Under the pieces are notes generated by a model. The model saw only the letters and a list, made by a program, of their open reading frames with translations, made no database searches and was not told where the DNA came from. Shown piece after piece: positions 1 through 8,964 of a stretch of DNA of 64,000 bases (the stretch's first letter is position 1; each line of letters starts with the position of its first letter). This DNA is from Bdellovibrionales bacterium (lineage in GTDB: Bacteria; Bdellovibrionota; Bdellovibrionia; Bdellovibrionales; UBA840), in contig JBGCGH010000023.1 in the NCBI GenBank assembly GCA_045110695.1, positions 34,238-98,237 on the forward strand. Direction: 5' to 3'. A program made the position numbers and the translations under genes.

Positions 1-963
1 AATAAAGTTGAGGCATCCGCCAATCCTAATTCTTTGGACTTTATTCTCTCCCTTACGGAAGTTACATCACCACTCCTTCTTTCAATCTTTCCGGACTCTT
101 CAGAAACTTTCCAGTCTATTGTAAAAAATGGAAAATCGTTAGGATCTTCGATATCTTGGCCGGGCAACCACGGATATGGTATTGTCGCATCTCCAATTAC
201 TGAGTCCGCATGAGCTAATTCATGAATCAATGTATTTAAAATATTGAATACACGCCCGTCCTTATCTTCTTCCATCATTTTCTTAATGATTTTTATATTT
301 GACCCATCATCTTTAAATAGACCCATTAGGTAATTTGATCTCTTAGATGTCGAAGAATCATCAAATCGCTTTGCATTTAATAAAATAAATACCTTATGCA
401 AGTCAGAATTTTTATTAAATTCAACTTTAGAACCTCTTTTAAAGACCACTTCGGCTTGACCCGAATTCCCAGTATCTTCCATTATCATAATTCCAGCTAT
501 TTTTGAGCTTACTCTTTCCGAAAAACTACTTGGCAATAAGTCTATTGCCTCAATAAGAAGTTTCTTAAACTCTATATTAGTACTAGTTTTAGCAGTTATC
601 GGCCTCCCATAAAGCGCTTGTTGCGCTCTTTTCCAACGAACAATCTCGATTGTGCCAAAAGCGACTTTATCTTTCAGTGGAAGCTCTGCATTTCTCCCCC
701 AATACTCCTCGCGATAAGATTCACTGGATATCATACAATCATACAAACAATCCTGATCTTTTACGGAACATCCACAAAGGTCACTTTTTTTACCCTCGGT
801 AAAATCAATATTTACCAGATCTTCAGAAAGACCTATAAGCAAATTTCTTTGGTAACTTTCTGAAATACTAATTAGGCTACTATAGTTAAAAGTTTCACAT
901 TCCTTTGCAAACAGGTTAACTGATAAAAATAGAATGAAAAATAAAACCAACTTTTTATTCACT
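1..963 (-). CDS. Secreted HExxH (zincin-like) protein, C-terminus cut by window edge; absent from supplied ORF track
   Basis: Minus-strand frame is open from GTG at 963 to base 1 (321 codons, no stop). AGGGGAG Shine-Dalgarno 5 nt upstream. Signal-like N-terminus VNKKLVLFFILFLSVNLFA. Motif LIHELAHAD (HExxH). The + ORF 618..863 is its antisense shadow. Confidence 0.6.
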
Positions 964-1431
964 GGAACTCCCCTTGGAATAGATCCCCAATAGCATTTTA
1001 CTCTAAAAAATAATTAACTAAACTACCGGCTACCATAGCAGATCGATTATTGTATTGAAAATTAATAATTAACTGAGAGAGATAGGTGCAAGGTGAGCAA
1101 GAAAAGACCTTGTGGGTCATAATATCTAAAATTAAAAACACTGAAATATTATTTCATATATTAAAATGTTTCCAAATTCACTGAAACCAATTACTTTTTA
1201 GCTTTTACCCATTGATAAATTACCACCAGGTTGAAACTCTTCTTGCATAGATCCCAAGGTATAACGGCGCCATTTTATAAGGCTGTTAAATTAGTGAGTG
1301 ATTTTTGTTGAACACCCCTTAGATACAGAGAAGTTCAAAAGAACCAAAACAGCCCGAGTCAGTCCTTCTTTTAAAGAAAATTTAAATTTAGCAAATCGTG
1401 GCCCCTACTATTACTGAAGGCCCACTCCATC

Positions 1432-1575
1432 TTATTTTTTAGAATTAACGATACCTTCAAGCACCTTAATTTTACCCTCCAATTCTATTATCCTTCCATT
1501 GTTGTGACGATACTTCTTTTCAAAAAGTACTACACCCAACACAAAAAATACTAACCAAGTCATTGAGCTATCCAT
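1432..1575 (-). CDS. Small hypothetical membrane protein (47 aa)
   Basis: ATG at 1575 preceded by AAGGAG 8 nt upstream. Translation is MDSSMTWLVFFVLGVVLFEKKYRHNNGRIIELEGKIKVLEGIVNSKK, with one hydrophobic helix. It is below the ORF-track size cut-off and I recognise no family. Confidence 0.3.
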   Translation of the reverse strand: MDSSMTWLVFFVLGVVLFEKKYRHNNGRIIELEGKIKVLEGIVNSKK

Positions 1576-1939
1576 ATTACTATCTCCTTTTTCTATTTAT
1601 TGAACTAAATAAATTATCTAAAATGTATCACTCAAAGGCAACTCAATATTAGCCGCTAGATTCTCGGTGATTTACGGTGTCCGTATTGAGGGACTACTTT
1701 TTCCAAACGGTTTAAAGGGAATCAAGGACTATAAAAAGCTAGAGAAACTTCGCGCGGCATTGCTTGATGCGGCTTAGAGATCTTATTATTAGATAAGAAG
1801 GTTTAAGAACCAAAGCCCCTTATTGTGCTCTTTCTACGGTAGAAGCTTTAGCTACAGTGGCCAAAAAAAAATCCAACTTTTCGACAGACAACACCTATGA
1901 ACTTCAAACTCCTAGCACGTTAGATAAATAGGAACTTAT

Positions 1940-2230
1940 TTACAAGCGCACGGCTTCCGGAAGGATATCCTGTAAGAAAGCTTCAGATTCAACCTGCTTT
2001 TTATTTTTAATCAAAAGATCCACTTTTTGATCGCCTATAGAATCTTTTATATCCACTAACATATCAATCTTGTGAGTAAAATCTAAACTCTCCGACAAAA
2101 CAAGTAGATCGATATCTCCTCCAGCTAGACTGTTATTAGTTCGGGAACCAAATAAGTAAATTTCTGCTTTGGGGTCAAGTTGGAGAACTGTCTCTTTTAT
2201 ACTTTCAATTTCAAACTCTGTTAGTCTCAT
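1940..2230 (-). CDS. Minimal nucleotidyltransferase (MNT/MntA-like antitoxin)
   Basis: 96 aa with the Pol-beta-type NTase signature FGSRTNNSLAGGDIDLLVL (GS...DxD). Its ATG shares one base with the stop of the upstream HEPN gene (TAATG). Confidence 0.8.
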   Translation of the reverse strand: MRLTEFEIESIKETVLQLDPKAEIYLFGSRTNNSLAGGDIDLLVLSESLDFTHKIDMLVDIKDSIGDQKVDLLIKNKKQVESEAFLQDILPEAVRL

Positions 2231-2631
2231 TAAATATTAACCGCTAGAAGAGTAGGCGCTAGAGAAACCAATTCTGAATAAAGCCTTCTGTAATCCGAAG
2301 AGGAATACTCGTGAGCAGCTACATTCCTGAGCTCTCGGATCCTGCGCCATGTAGTGGCCGATTCAATCCAAGAATTTTTCTCCGCAAGATTTAACAGATC
2401 AATAAGGCTACCCTTGAAGGCTGGATCCGCTTCTCTTGCCAGAAACCGGAAGTACTTAGCGATCAATATATCAGAGAATCTAGCAAAGCGGCTTGAGAAA
2501 CTCTCTAATGTCTCAAGCTCTTCTTCTGTAAAATCGTCCTCTAAATTAAATTTGATAACTTTGTTATAGCTATACTCAAAGTGCCCTCTAGATTTTATTA
2601 GATCTTGGCGAATACTGTCTTTTAAATCCAT
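2230..2631 (-). CDS. HEPN domain protein (DUF86/HepT-like toxin)
   Basis: C-terminal motif RELRNVAAHEY matches the HEPN Rx4-6H / RNxxxHxY signature. I prefer the start at ATG 2631 (MDLKDS..., GAGAGG SD 7 nt upstream). The track start at 2655 would run to within 2 nt of the tRNA. Confidence 0.75.
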   Translation of the reverse strand: MDLKDSIRQDLIKSRGHFEYSYNKVIKFNLEDDFTEEELETLESFSSRFARFSDILIAKYFRFLAREADPAFKGSLIDLLNLAEKNSWIESATTWRRIRELRNVAAHEYSSSDYRRLYSELVSLAPTLLAVNI

Positions 2632-2656
2632 TAAGTGGCCTCTCAGAATCAACAAA

Positions 2657-2747
2657 TGGCGGAGAGAGAGGGATTCGAACCCTCGTTAGGCTATTAACCT
2701 AAACACGCGTTCCAGGCGTGCGCATTCAACCACTCTGCCACCTCTCC
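2657..2747 (-). tRNA. tRNA-Ser (anticodon GGA), CCA encoded
   Basis: The reverse complement folds as a cloverleaf. Acceptor GGAGAGG/TCTCTCC. Anticodon stem CACGC/GCGTG with loop CTGGAAC. Long variable arm TTAGG-TTAATAG-CCTAA. T arm GAGGG-TTCGAAT-CCCTC. Discriminator G followed by CCA. Total 91 nt. Confidence 0.9.
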
Positions 2748-2932
2748 GCAATAAAGAGTCGTTTGTGAATTAGGTCAGGACCTAACCAGCGGTTGTAACG
2801 AAAGAAAAACTTAACTTAGGGGCTGAGTTTAGTCTATAAAATTGTAGAGGTTTTTCGGCTTTTGTTGATAGTTTTAAGTTTGCCAACAAAATAAACACAG
2901 TAATTTGCCTGTTATATTAACCAGTTAGAGAT

Positions 2933-3472
2933 TTACTCTAAACTTAGATCTTCAATGAGTGCTTTATGTTGGGGAAACATCTCTAGAAGCTGAGCTCTTC
3001 TACCCAGCTCAAAATCAGAGTAATCAAAGCCAGGAGCTACCGTGCAGCCCACTAAACTGTATTCTACTTCCTCGTTGGGAAAAGCTCCAAACCAGCAATT
3101 TGCAGGAACAACATACTGAAGTTGCTCCCCTTCCATGATGTCCTTTCCCATAACTACAGACTCGATTCTGCCATCATCAAACAATTGAACAATAGTACAA
3201 GGTCCTCCCAAATAGAAGTGCCAGGCCTCATCGGAACGTACTCGATGAAAATGGCTCTTATGAGCTTTTGGTAGTAAAAAGTAAATCGCAGTAGATGCAT
3301 TTCTATCGCCATCATAATCACCGGATAAATTTTCTTTTGGAATTACTAGGTCAGATCGATAGTTTTCAGAAAAATAGCCGCCCTCTGGGTGAGGACTAAG
3401 ATTCAAATAATTGACTATATTTCTTACTTCTTGGTTTAGCATACTAACATCTTGCATTTTAGCCTCTATCAC
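2933..3472 (-). CDS. Cupin superfamily protein (DUF985-type)
   Basis: N-terminal LNLSPHPEGGYFSENYRS is the hallmark of DUF985 cupins. 179 aa. Confidence 0.8.
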   Translation of the reverse strand: MIEAKMQDVSMLNQEVRNIVNYLNLSPHPEGGYFSENYRSDLVIPKENLSGDYDGDRNASTAIYFLLPKAHKSHFHRVRSDEAWHFYLGGPCTIVQLFDDGRIESVVMGKDIMEGEQLQYVVPANCWFGAFPNEEVEYSLVGCTVAPGFDYSDFELGRRAQLLEMFPQHKALIEDLSLE

Positions 3473-3588
3473 ATTTCTTTTTATCGGCTATAGTGCGACA
3501 CTTTTGCCAAAAGTGAAATCAATTTCTTGCCTGGGACCTGATAAATCCTTAAACTTTTGCTGTTAACATCAAAAAAAGGACTTTAAAA

Positions 3589-4122
3589 ATGAAATTTCTG
3601 CAGATTCTATTTACAATTGCGCTTCTTGGCGCTTGCTCGCACCATTCTCACAAACATCACTCGGAAATAGTAAAGATTCATAAAGACTGGGGAAACCTAA
3701 AAGAGGTTCGTAGTTATCATGACCATGTTTACATATCGGCTCAACCAAATGCTGAAGCAATCAAAAGCTTCAAAGATAGTGGCGGTGAAATTGTGATCAA
3801 TCTAAGAAACAAAAAAGAGAGAGGCTTCTTAAAGGACGAAAAGTCTATCGTAGAGTCTAATGGAATGAAATACTTTAACCTTCCGGTAAATGGCAAAGAT
3901 ATGTCTAAAACTCAGTTCAATAAAATAGAAGATATTATTGCTAGTAATCCCAAACAAAAAGTTCTACTCCATTGCTCCAGCGGAAACCGTGCAGCTTCTT
4001 GGTTTGCCTATCATGCTTGGAAAAAACATAAAGACAGCCCGGAAAAAGCCCTCGAAGTTGGAAGAAGTATGGGACTTACAAAAAAGAATCTCGAGCCCCA
4101 AATAATAAAAATGATGAAATAA
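3589..4122 (+). CDS. Lipoprotein with CX5R phosphatase-like domain (DUF442/PTP-like)
   Basis: Signal plus lipobox FTIALLGAC. Active-site-like HCSSGNRA (HCxxGxxR). AAGGA SD upstream. Confidence 0.65.
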   Translation: MKFLQILFTIALLGACSHHSHKHHSEIVKIHKDWGNLKEVRSYHDHVYISAQPNAEAIKSFKDSGGEIVINLRNKKERGFLKDEKSIVESNGMKYFNLPVNGKDMSKTQFNKIEDIIASNPKQKVLLHCSSGNRAASWFAYHAWKKHKDSPEKALEVGRSMGLTKKNLEPQIIKMMK

Positions 4123-4130
4123 GAATTTCT

Positions 4131-4161
4131 AAGGATATGCTTGAGTTTCAAGCTTATCCTT
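4131..4161. terminator. Hairpin between convergent genes (probable bidirectional terminator)
   Basis: AAGGATATGCTTGA-GTT-TCAAGCTTATCCTT: a 14-bp stem with one mismatch, followed by TTTAC on the + strand. It lies between the stops at 4122 (+) and 4181 (-). Confidence 0.5.
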
Positions 4162-4180
4162 TTACTTAACTTCAATATAC

Positions 4181-5692
4181 CTAAAGTCCCATGTGTTTCT
4201 TCAGGTTTTTACCCAATTCCACATGATCAGTGTATCCACCAAACTTTCTAAGGTCACCAGCACCCATGGAATAAACATGTACTGGAGTGGCCGTATGGCC
4301 TCCAGTTCCCCACACAGTGCCTTGGTATTTACTTAAGATTCTTCCTATCAAACCAACTTTTGCATCATTTCTACTAGCATAAAACTCATGGAAATCATGA
4401 ACCAAAGAGATCTCTTTCTTTTTACCAAAGAATTTTCTAGTTGTTGTTTTCAAAACAGACTCTGCATCTTTTAATGACACTGTAATCCCTATAGATTCTT
4501 TAATCAGAGATTGAATCGACTTTGCGTTTTGCTTACTTTTTGGAAGAGCCTCGAATTTTTTCATTAGCCTTGTGTTGGTAAATTTCTGTCTGCCGAGTAG
4601 ATCAAAAACATCGGGTAGTAGATAGTTGTTTGGAGCTTCGTAGCTTTCCCCTTTAAAATGAGAGCCCTTAAGTTTTATTCCAGGAGTTCTTTTTACTTTA
4701 TTGTAAGAGAAACCAAAAGAACCTGTCTCATGGTCAGCCGTTGCTACTAAAGTTACATCTTCTCTACTTTCAACAAAATCCACTAAGTAGTTTAAAACCC
4801 TATTTGCATTGATCATCTCATGAAGTAAAGCACCTGAATCATTTCTATGCCCGGCCCAATCAATTTGCCCAGCCTCTACCATTAGGAAGAAAGGCTTATT
4901 CGAGCTAGTAAGGTTCTGAATGGCAATCTCAGTCATCTCTAAAAGATTAGGTATATTCCGTTCTTTATTGTTTTCATTTCTTATTTGCCATAAGCTATCA
5001 GGCATAGATCCTCCACCAAAAAGAGCTAATACTTTTCCCGTCTTCCCTTGATGAAGAGTAGATTTGCTGCCTATTACTTTATAGCCTAAATCTCTAGCTT
5101 GCTTCAGAAGATCTTGATTATCTTTTCGTTTACCCGCTACAGAAATACCATCAACAATAGTGTTTACTCCCTTAGGCAAAAAATAGTCAGAACCAGAGGA
5201 CATCGCGATATCTGGTTGGGTTTTTAAAAAATCAGAGGCAATTTCATCATCCATTTTTCTGCTGGGTTGATTGGAAACAAAAGCGGCGGGAGTTGCGTGA
5301 GTAATTCTTGTATCTGAAATCACACCGGTCCTATAGCCCCTGGCTTTCAATTTTTGTAAAATTGTTTCTACAGAATCTCCTTTTGAGTTAACACCAATCA
5401 TTCCCGGCAAAGACGGATGCCCAGTAGACAACTGGGTAGCGGAGCAGGCAGAATCAACAACAATATATTCCGCAGGGGCAGTCGAGGAAGACCCGAACTC
5501 CCCTTTGTCTGCCATTCGCTTAAAGGCATTTGGAACTGGGTTTTGAACGTTCGCTTTCGAATATTTTAAATAATAATGAAGCATTGATATCTGTTGAGGG
5601 CCCATTCCATCGCCAATAAAAAGAATCATACTCTTTTGCTTAGCAATAGCTGGGAGAGATAAGAAAATACAAAACATGACAATAGACTTCAT
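4181..5692 (-). CDS. Alkaline phosphatase (PhoA family), secreted
   Basis: Motifs LFIGDGMG and DSACSATQLSTG (active-site Ser region of PhoA-type enzymes). Start moved to ATG 5692 (MKSIVMFCIFLSLPAIA signal peptide, AAGGA SD). The track start at 5854 adds 54 implausible residues. Confidence 0.85.
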   Translation of the reverse strand: MKSIVMFCIFLSLPAIAKQKSMILFIGDGMGPQQISMLHYYLKYSKANVQNPVPNAFKRMADKGEFGSSSTAPAEYIVVDSACSATQLSTGHPSLPGMIGVNSKGDSVETILQKLKARGYRTGVISDTRITHATPAAFVSNQPSRKMDDEIASDFLKTQPDIAMSSGSDYFLPKGVNTIVDGISVAGKRKDNQDLLKQARDLGYKVIGSKSTLHQGKTGKVLALFGGGSMPDSLWQIRNENNKERNIPNLLEMTEIAIQNLTSSNKPFFLMVEAGQIDWAGHRNDSGALLHEMINANRVLNYLVDFVESREDVTLVATADHETGSFGFSYNKVKRTPGIKLKGSHFKGESYEAPNNYLLPDVFDLLGRQKFTNTRLMKKFEALPKSKQNAKSIQSLIKESIGITVSLKDAESVLKTTTRKFFGKKKEISLVHDFHEFYASRNDAKVGLIGRILSKYQGTVWGTGGHTATPVHVYSMGAGDLRKFGGYTDHVELGKNLKKHMGL

Positions 5693-5866
5693 AAATGGAT
5701 CCTTAGGATTTGAATTCTCTAAGGTGATAGAACAGATTGTAAGAGATGCAAAGGAGCAAGCTTTAGGAGTGAAATACTGTAAGAGTTGCGACTCTCTATT
5801 TGAATATTCTTCATTTTTTTTCGGCCTTATGCTAAACCTAATCCATTGCCACATGAGGGGATTTTC

Positions 5867-6886
5867 ATGATATATTTGTTTTGTTTAACAATTCCATTAT
5901 CCGTAGCCTTTTCTTTACACCAAGAGAATGCTTTGAGCTTTTTTGGCTTAGCCTACAGCTTTGTCTTACTTCCTTTTGTTGAACTTCTTTTACCCAAGAA
6001 CTTTTCACCCAAATCAAGCCTTAGCCCGAAGGTTCATAACTTTCTTTTGTTTCTTTTAGGCGGTATACATCTACTCACAATCCCCTACTACTTGGTCATG
6101 ATTCCCGAAGTTAAGCTTTTCTCAATGGTTTGGTTTGGTCAAATGTCTGCTCTAGGTATGTCTTGCGCAGTATTGGGTATAAATATCGCGCATGAGCTTG
6201 GACATCGAAGGGATGCACTTTCTCAAAACTTTGCCAAAGCTCTACTAACCTCAAGTTTATATTCACACTTTTTTTGGGAGCACAACTACGGGCACCACAA
6301 AAATGTTGCTACACCTGAAGACCCCTCTACAGCAAAAATTGGTCAAAATGTTTATGGGTTCATAGTTAAGTCTGTCTATGCGACAATAAGTTCCGGAATA
6401 GAGATTGGCCGTAATTTTAAGGCAAAAAATTCCTTAAACATAAACCCCGTTTTACAATGGAAGGCTATTGAATTTTTATTTTTTGGTGGTAGCTTTTTAG
6501 TTTTTGGAATCAATAAGGGCCTATTCATTCTTTTAGCGGCTATTTTTGGCTTCACTCTTTTAGAAATTGTTAACTATGTAGAACATTACGGTCTCCTCAG
6601 AAAAAAACTAAAAACCGTCGACAGGTACGAGCCTGTCCAACCGATACACTCGTGGAATTCTAATCATTTTATGAGTCGAAGTTTACTTTTTGAACTATCT
6701 CGACATTCTGATCACCATGCCAACAGTTATAAAGAGTATTTCAAACTGGAGGATATAGATGGTGCCCCTCAATTGCCAACTGGCTACCCTGGTATGATGC
6801 TCCTGAGTCTAGTACCAAGTTTATGGTACAAAGTAATGGATCCGAGAGTACACAGCTTTAAACAAAAGATTGCCGAAACCAAATAG
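5867..6886 (+). CDS. alkB: AlkB-type integral-membrane diiron hydroxylase (alkane 1-monooxygenase family)
   Basis: All AlkB signature boxes are present: HELGHR, EHNYGHH, NYVEHYGL and LSRHSDHHA. Start at ATG 5867 is preceded by GAGGGGA. Confidence 0.8.
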   Translation: MIYLFCLTIPLSVAFSLHQENALSFFGLAYSFVLLPFVELLLPKNFSPKSSLSPKVHNFLLFLLGGIHLLTIPYYLVMIPEVKLFSMVWFGQMSALGMSCAVLGINIAHELGHRRDALSQNFAKALLTSSLYSHFFWEHNYGHHKNVATPEDPSTAKIGQNVYGFIVKSVYATISSGIEIGRNFKAKNSLNINPVLQWKAIEFLFFGGSFLVFGINKGLFILLAAIFGFTLLEIVNYVEHYGLLRKKLKTVDRYEPVQPIHSWNSNHFMSRSLLFELSRHSDHHANSYKEYFKLEDIDGAPQLPTGYPGMMLLSLVPSLWYKVMDPRVHSFKQKIAETK

Positions 6887-7006
6887 ATGTCTTAACAAGA
6901 TAGGCAGTTTTCTAATTGTTAAATCAACACAACTTTAGGCCCGAAACATGCACCTGAATTGGAACTTTGGACTCCTCAAGTCTGGAAAACCAATTATAAT
7001 AAATCT

Positions 7007-7282
7007 ATGCGAAATATATCTATTTTTAGCCTCACTCTCGGAATTATTTTTTCTAGCCCATTGGTATTTGCAAAAAAGGTAGAACTAGAGGATATAAAAA
7101 TTCAGGGTGAGCTGCACAATGATAATCGTTTGAGGTTCTACCAAAGAAATCGTGAAAAACTAAAAAGCCATGTGCGCTTAAGAAGTAATTTTAGAGATAA
7201 AATTCAACTCGGTTCAAAAAAACATTTACCCGTAGCAGAAATAGAAACTAAACCTACTCCGGTGGACGAACCGCAAAATTAA
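7007..7282 (+). CDS. Hypothetical secreted protein
   Basis: Internal ATG gives MRNISIFSLTLGIIFSSPLVFA, a signal-like N-terminus. No SD and no recognisable domain. Its 3' end overlaps the convergent ExbD gene by 29 nt. Confidence 0.35.
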   Translation: MRNISIFSLTLGIIFSSPLVFAKKVELEDIKIQGELHNDNRLRFYQRNREKLKSHVRLRSNFRDKIQLGSKKHLPVAEIETKPTPVDEPQN

Positions 7283-7811
7283 TTTGAGTCCAGCCCTCTT
7301 CAATTAAAGTATTCATCACTCTTTTGACATATATCACAGCTGTATTTTCATCAGCTTGTAAGTTAATCCTACCTTTAAACTCAGTGGCTCCATTTATTTG
7401 AATCTGAAGTTGTTTTAGACGACTTAGTTCCTGTCTTAGCTGGGGCATTTTGTAATCTGTTTCCTCAATTGAGAGCGGGTTTTCTCCAACTACTTGAGCG
7501 TCCAAACTAATTATTGTTTCACCTATACTGATTAATGGCAGCCCCTCTAGCAACTGGGCATTTTGGGCTTCTGGAAGAATCATGTTTTTATTTACAAAAA
7601 ACACTTCTCCAGTAGTAGAAAAGTTTAAAAGTAAAAAAATCACCAACATAGAGAACATGTCGATCATCGAAGTCAGAGGTAAAACTACATTAAGATCTTT
7701 CTTAGCGCCATCCTTCATCCGGTTTCTCAAAAGAGGTAAATCGTACTCAGGTCCTAGGTGATATCCAGGGGGGCTTAATACTCGCTTTGTGTTGCCTTTC
7801 AAGTCCGCCAT
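7254..7811 (-). CDS. ExbD/TolR-family proton-channel subunit (AglQ/AglS-like)
   Basis: 185 aa with the typical ExbD N-terminus (LTSMIDMFSMLVIFLLL) and periplasmic domain. TAATG coupling to the upstream ExbD paralogue. Confidence 0.85.
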   Translation of the reverse strand: MADLKGNTKRVLSPPGYHLGPEYDLPLLRNRMKDGAKKDLNVVLPLTSMIDMFSMLVIFLLLNFSTTGEVFFVNKNMILPEAQNAQLLEGLPLISIGETIISLDAQVVGENPLSIEETDYKMPQLRQELSRLKQLQIQINGATEFKGRINLQADENTAVIYVKRVMNTLIEEGWTQINFAVRPPE

Positions 7812-8245
7812 TAGTTTGTACTTACTCCAACGTCAGGAAAACCATTTCCAACCAAAACATCAAAAACTTGAATCAAATGCTTATAAGGGGATTGATTCTC
7901 GCTGTAAAGAATCATATCTGTTTTCTCAGGATAGGTACTCTTGAGAAGTTTTATATAGTCTCTAAATGCAGTTACATTTATATTACCTGCCTCCAGATAG
8001 AAATCTATAGGTTTAGTATTAACATTGATTTGAAGCCTGTCAGCCATGATGACAATATTCAAATCAATTTGAGGTTTATTTGGATCTGCTGGACTAACTG
8101 GAGCAGAAGAATTACTCGGTGTAGAGTTGGTACCTAACGATTGTACCTGGTTCCACACAGCGGTAAGAAGAAGCATTACTACAAGCATTGCAAATAAACC
8201 TATAAAAGGAGTCAAATTTAGCTCTTCATTGGTCTTCTTAGCCAT
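7811..8245 (-). CDS. ExbD/TolR-family proton-channel subunit (second paralogue)
   Basis: 144 aa. LTPFIGLFAMLVVMLLL TM helix followed by an ExbD-like periplasmic domain. Sits directly downstream of the ExbB-like gene. Confidence 0.8.
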   Translation of the reverse strand: MAKKTNEELNLTPFIGLFAMLVVMLLLTAVWNQVQSLGTNSTPSNSSAPVSPADPNKPQIDLNIVIMADRLQINVNTKPIDFYLEAGNINVTAFRDYIKLLKSTYPEKTDMILYSENQSPYKHLIQVFDVLVGNGFPDVGVSTN

Positions 8246-8251
8246 TATTTC

Positions 8252-8893
8252 CTAGCGATAAAATTTATCTTTATGAGAAAGAATAAAGTTTAATATAGAT
8301 ACACTGCTCTCATGAACATCGTCGATAATTTCCTGAGCCATTGAACTTAAATAACCGAAGGCCGCCAGTAATGGGATGGCAACAACCAAACCAAAAGCCG
8401 TGGTATTCATCGCAGCTGAAATAGACTTTGCTAAGAGCTCAGCTTTTTCAGAGGGAGAAACCCCCGCAACAGCAGCAAAGGCTCCTATTAATCCTTCAAC
8501 AGTCCCCAATAGGCCTAAAAGCGTGGCAACGTTCGAGAGTGTTGCAAGAAGTCCAATTTTTTTCTCTATCGCTGGGACCTCTCGTAAAGCCACTGCATCC
8601 ATAGCAGTTTGTACCTCTTCTGCTTTTCCATTATTTGAAACGGAAATTAGTCCAGCTCGGACAATATTTGTCAGGGGACTATCCTCTTGGGATACAACAG
8701 CAATTGCCCTCTGAATATCTCCTTTCATTATTGTCGACTTCATAGATTTCAGAAGCTGGTCTTTTTCTATCCGTCTTGCATTTTTTAAAAATAAATATCG
8801 TTCAACACCCAATGCTAGGCCAATGGCAGAACAAATGAGAATAGGCCACATGAATATGCCACCTTCAATAAACCTAGTTGCTAAATCATCCAT
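8252..8893 (-). CDS. MotA/TolQ/ExbB-family proton channel (AglR-like)
   Basis: 213 aa with three TM segments. The C-terminal half (LLGTVEGLIGAF...AMNTTAFGLVVAIP) is typical of ExbB/TolQ. Confidence 0.9.
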   Translation of the reverse strand: MDDLATRFIEGGIFMWPILICSAIGLALGVERYLFLKNARRIEKDQLLKSMKSTIMKGDIQRAIAVVSQEDSPLTNIVRAGLISVSNNGKAEEVQTAMDAVALREVPAIEKKIGLLATLSNVATLLGLLGTVEGLIGAFAAVAGVSPSEKAELLAKSISAAMNTTAFGLVVAIPLLAAFGYLSSMAQEIIDDVHESSVSILNFILSHKDKFYR

Positions 8894-8964
8894 ATTAGAG
8901 TTTCCTTATGTTTCTATTTTCACGCCTACCAAGTGCTGCGTCAATACTACTAAAGTCCAAGTCC

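Noticed and set aside
618-863. 81-aa + strand ORF from the track
   Set aside because: It lies entirely antisense to a longer, SD-preceded minus-strand frame with a signal peptide and HExxH motif. It has a low-complexity, odd composition.
2768-2790. Palindrome TTAGGTC-AG-GACCTAA between the cupin gene and the tRNA
   Set aside because: It is not followed by a T-run on either strand, so it is not a convincing terminator. It could be a protein site, but there is no supporting context.
5693-5854. 54-aa N-terminal extension of the alkaline phosphatase and the 5676..5870 + ORF
   Set aside because: The internal ATG 5692 has an SD and yields a canonical signal peptide. The extension and the + ORF occupy the divergent promoter region.
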